DNA of 64,000 nucleotides, from the NCBI RefSeq assembly GCF_018350175.1, contig NC_058383.1, forward strand, positions 4,650,001 to 4,714,000, given 5' to 3'. The translations under genes were made by a program, and so were the position numbers. Positions 60,828 through 64,000 of this stretch are shown here, in pieces. Numbering within the stretch: position 1 is the stretch's first letter; every line of letters starts with the position of its first letter. Below the pieces are notes generated by a model. It searched no databases. It had not been told where the DNA came from and saw nothing but the letters and a program-made list of their open reading frames with translations. The DNA comes from Felis catus. Its lineage: Eukaryota.

Positions 60828-61085
60828 AGGGGTGCCTGGGTGGCTCAGTTAAGCGTCCAACCTCGGCTCAGGTCATGATCTCACGGTTTGTGAGACTGAG
60901 CCCCATGTCAGGCTCTGTGCTGACAGTGCAAAGTGTGCTTGGGATTCTCCCTCTGCCTCTCTCTCTGCCGCTCCCCAGCTCGCTCTTTCTCTCTCTCTCT
61001 CAAAGGAAGGAAGGGAAAAAGGAAAGGAAAGGAAAGGAAAGGAAAGGAAAGGAAAGGAAAGGAAAGGAAAGGAAAGGAAAGGAAA
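60828..61085 (+). mobile_element. Can-SINE whose tail has expanded into (GGAAA)13 at 61021-61085
   Basis: SINEC head and body followed by a pentanucleotide array. Confidence 0.9.
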
Positions 61086-61621
61086 CAAGAAACAGTAAAA
61101 TGTAATACAGCAGAAGACTGCTTCTGAGGACTGATTTGTTGAACTGGGAATCAAGCCTGGAAGCGGGGCCTGGCTATGAGAACAGAATGAAAACATAAAG
61201 GACTTCAGATCTTAGAATTATTCGATGTTAAATTATAAACGTCCCCAAACCGATCCTCCCCAACCCCCCAGCGCAGTAACGCCTCCCACCACCATCATCA
61301 TGTTGCTCAGATGGAACGCTTGCCTCCCCCCATCACATGCCACATCTGACTCAGCAGCCAATCCTCCTCTCTAAACACGCAGCCCCGCCTCCCCATGTGC
61401 ACCAGCTCCTTATTCTAAGCCGCCATCACTTCTCATCTGAAGCAATGCAAGCATGTCTCCCCCACTGAAACCCAACAGCCCACACAGCTCACCATCTAGG
61501 CTAACCTGACTAGTGCTCTGCTGTCTTTGTGACAGGACTTTACTCCTGTAGGAAACTCCTGCCCAGGAAGCTACAGATTGCAAGTAATTTTAATGTTCAG
61601 TTCAGAAGCTTCCCCCAAACC

Positions 61622-62702
61622 CTTTTTTTTTTTAATTTTTCAAATTATTATTTTAGAGAGAGAGTGCTAGCAGGGAAGACGGGCAGAGGGAGGGAGAGAA
61701 TCTGAAGCTGGCTCCACGCTCGGTGCAGGGCTCGATCCCACAACCCACAATGATTGTGACCTGAGCCTAAATCAAGAGTTAGACGCTCAGCTGACTGACC
61801 ACCTAAACACCCTTTCCCAGAAACCTTTCAAATAAACTGCTTAACTTTCCAATAAATAATAAACTTTTTCTCCAGGACTCTTCAATCCTTGTTGTGTTCA
61901 CACATCCTGAACTATTACATTAGTATCCTTACCCAATGGTTATCGAGATCCTGTCTGAAACCATACCCTCAAATCCCACAAATAACCTGATTTCGTTCAC
62001 CCACCTACAAAGCACTACTGAAACTGTCAGGGTGAGCAATAAATTCAAATGTGCCATATTGGCGGGTGATTCTGGCAGCGTGCTCGTGGGGCCAGCCCTG
62101 CATACGGTCTCTGTTTCTACTTTTAACCACCACACTCACACCCATCTCTGATCTTCTTGGACAGTAGTGGCCACGGAAATTCTTCTAAAATATTCTTCTG
62201 CAGAAATCTGTTAACAGCTGCCCATTTCACCAAAAATAGAGTCAAAGCCCTTACCATGCCCTGTAAAACATCATCGGGGCTCTGGCTGACTCTCTGAAGT
62301 CATCCCCTACCAGTGTTCCTCTCAAATGCATCCTTGCAGCCACAGTGGCCCCCAGAGCACTTCCAACAAACACCTGCCCCAAGAGCACGGCCCAGGTATT
62401 CACTGTGCCTGGAACCCCTAGAATCCACATAACATTCAATTATCTGCTCTAAGGTGGACCTCATCAAAAAGGTTTTCTCTGACCACCTTTTTTTTTTAAT
62501 TTTTATTTTTTTAATATTTATTTTTGAGAGAGAGATAGCGTGTGAATAGGGGAGGGGCAGAGAGAGAGACACAGAATCTGAAGTAGCTCCAGGCTCCAAG
62601 CTGTCAGCACAGAGCCTGACACGGGGCTCAAACTCACAAACCATGAGATCATGACCTGAGCTGAAGTTGGACGCCTAACCAACTGAGCCACCCAGGTGCC
62701 CA
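61622..62702 (-). mobile_element. Two Can-SINEs (61622-61812, 62488-62702) among older L2-like remnants
   Basis: Reverse SINEC bodies. Confidence 0.8.
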
Positions 62703-63253
62703 GGTGGGGTGTCAGAGAGCACACCCCACTCCATCTGCTTTTAGCCTGCTTTAATTGTCTTCATGGGTCTTGTCACCACTTGATAGGTAAATTTTTTAGT
62801 TATATCTATCTTCTCCTGCTAGCTTGTAAGCTCCAAGAGCTCAGGAAAATTGTTACATTTACTGGTCTATCTCCAACACCAAGAACATGAGTGGTACATA
62901 GTAGAAATATCTGCAGAAGAATGAATGAATGAATGCACACGTGGGGGGGGGACATAAAAAAAAATACACCATGAAAATGGAGGAAGATGCACACTAGAGA
63001 AAGAAACAGAAGACGCTAAGATGACGCAAGCAAGGGTTCAATACTGGGTATCAGGCAGAAAAGGACAGCACTGGTATTTACAAGTGATGAAGTAGGGCGA
63101 TTTGGGTGATTGGAGGTCTGCTAGCTCACTGTTCAGCTACTTCCGAAGGCCTCAGGGCCCAAAATAGAACTACTGAGACACACACCAACCTCAGAACCAG
63201 CCCATCCGGGACCTGATTTCTGTGGGCTTCATTCTCCATAATGACTAACTCAC

Positions 63254-63349
63254 CTTGATCACCCTGATCTGGGGATTCTCCCCTTGATGGCCACAGCTCT
63301 TCTCCTTGCTCCAACTTGAAGATCACCTCTGGTTTGGTGAGGCGACACC
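63254..63349 (-). pseudogene. KRAB-B exon of the disrupted ZNF
   Basis: cacAG|GG TGT CGC CTC ACC AAA CCA GAG GTG ATC TTC AAG TTG GAG CAA GGA GAA GAG CTG TGG...CAA G|GTGAGT. Confidence 0.88.
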
Positions 63350-63636
63350 CTGTGAGTGGGATACAGGATAAAACTCCTCACGGGCTGCTTGGGTATCAGG
63401 GCCCGTGGAGGACGAGGAAGGTGCAGCTTCAGGAGCCACATGATAAAGGTGCCCATTTGAACCTTTCATTAGGGAGGCAGGAACACATCCTTTCTATGCC
63501 CAATGTGAACATCTTTGACCCATGAGATGTACACACATTATCACTAAACACTCCTTCAAGGGCCCACAAACTCTGGCAGCTAAGAACAAAGAAAAGAAAC
63601 GCATGCTATGAGACATTACACAGGAACACCCCTCAC

Positions 63637-63778
63637 CCACTGAGACCAGGTGGCTGTAGTTCTCCAGCATCACGTCCCGGTACAGCGTCCTCTGTGTGCC
63701 TGTCAGTTGTAGCCACTCATCCCGGGTAAAGTCCACAGTCACGTCCTTGAACGACACGGATCCCAGACCAGCGCATTT
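63637..63778 (-). pseudogene. KRAB-A exon of the disrupted ZNF
   Basis: [43 protein letters not shown]|GTGAGG; nearest AG acceptor is at 63779-63780. Confidence 0.88.
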
Positions 63779-64000
63779 CTGTTCAAGCCAAAGAGATCAG
63801 TATTAGGTGACATGAAATAGATATGTGAGAACTAACTCTTAACATGTTTACTCTGAGAGTTTACGACAAATATTATACATGTTGCCTACTCTGTATCTTG
63901 TTTTGTTTTTATTTTGTGGGGTAAACTGATATGACAGGAAAACCCAGTGTATTGACTTATTAATTCAAATTAAAAAACTACACTTCCTACTGTGTTTCTG

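Larger units (their letters stand above)
57949..63778 (-). pseudogene. KRAB-C2H2 zinc finger gene with a disrupted finger array (pseudogene or truncated gene); start exon not seen, probably right of the window
   Basis: KRAB-A 63637-63763 (to 63778 with the alternative acceptor), KRAB-B 63254-63349 (96 bp), finger exon ~60354-57949 with ~17 intact fingers split over three ORFs by a 2-nt frameshift at ~59425 and an in-frame TAG at 58861-58863. Confidence 0.8.

Overview
Mammalian genomic DNA, almost certainly felid (dense tRNA-derived Can-SINEs plus a young carnivore L1 3' end), with sized N-gaps. Gene content: (1) ZNF12 on + (non-coding exon 1 in a CpG island, start exon 33017-33031, KRAB-A 38780-38906, KRAB-B 39157-39252, finger exon 43026-44875; about 695 aa, 11 visible fingers plus 4 in a gap). 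(2) The 5' end of a second KRAB-ZNF on -, probably RBAK by synteny (exon 1 in a CpG island at ~12120-12600, start exon MNESQ at 10883-10897, remainder apparently left of the window). (3) Between them, an intact Speedy/RINGO E gene on + with 6 coding exons (SPDYE4-like, 21230-26322, 226 aa). (4) A convergent KRAB-ZNF on - (57949-63778) with a frameshift and an in-frame stop in its finger array. The most striking structure is that the two CpG-island promoter/exon-1 regions (11628-12764 and 31387-32519) form a ~1.13 kb inverted repeat of about 95% identity by hand alignment. The rest of intron 1 and exon 2 of the two genes are far more diverged. This suggests gene conversion between head-to-head paralog promoters, which flank a potentially invertible 18.6 kb Speedy cassette. 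All family and gene names come from recognition of the sequence, not from database searches.
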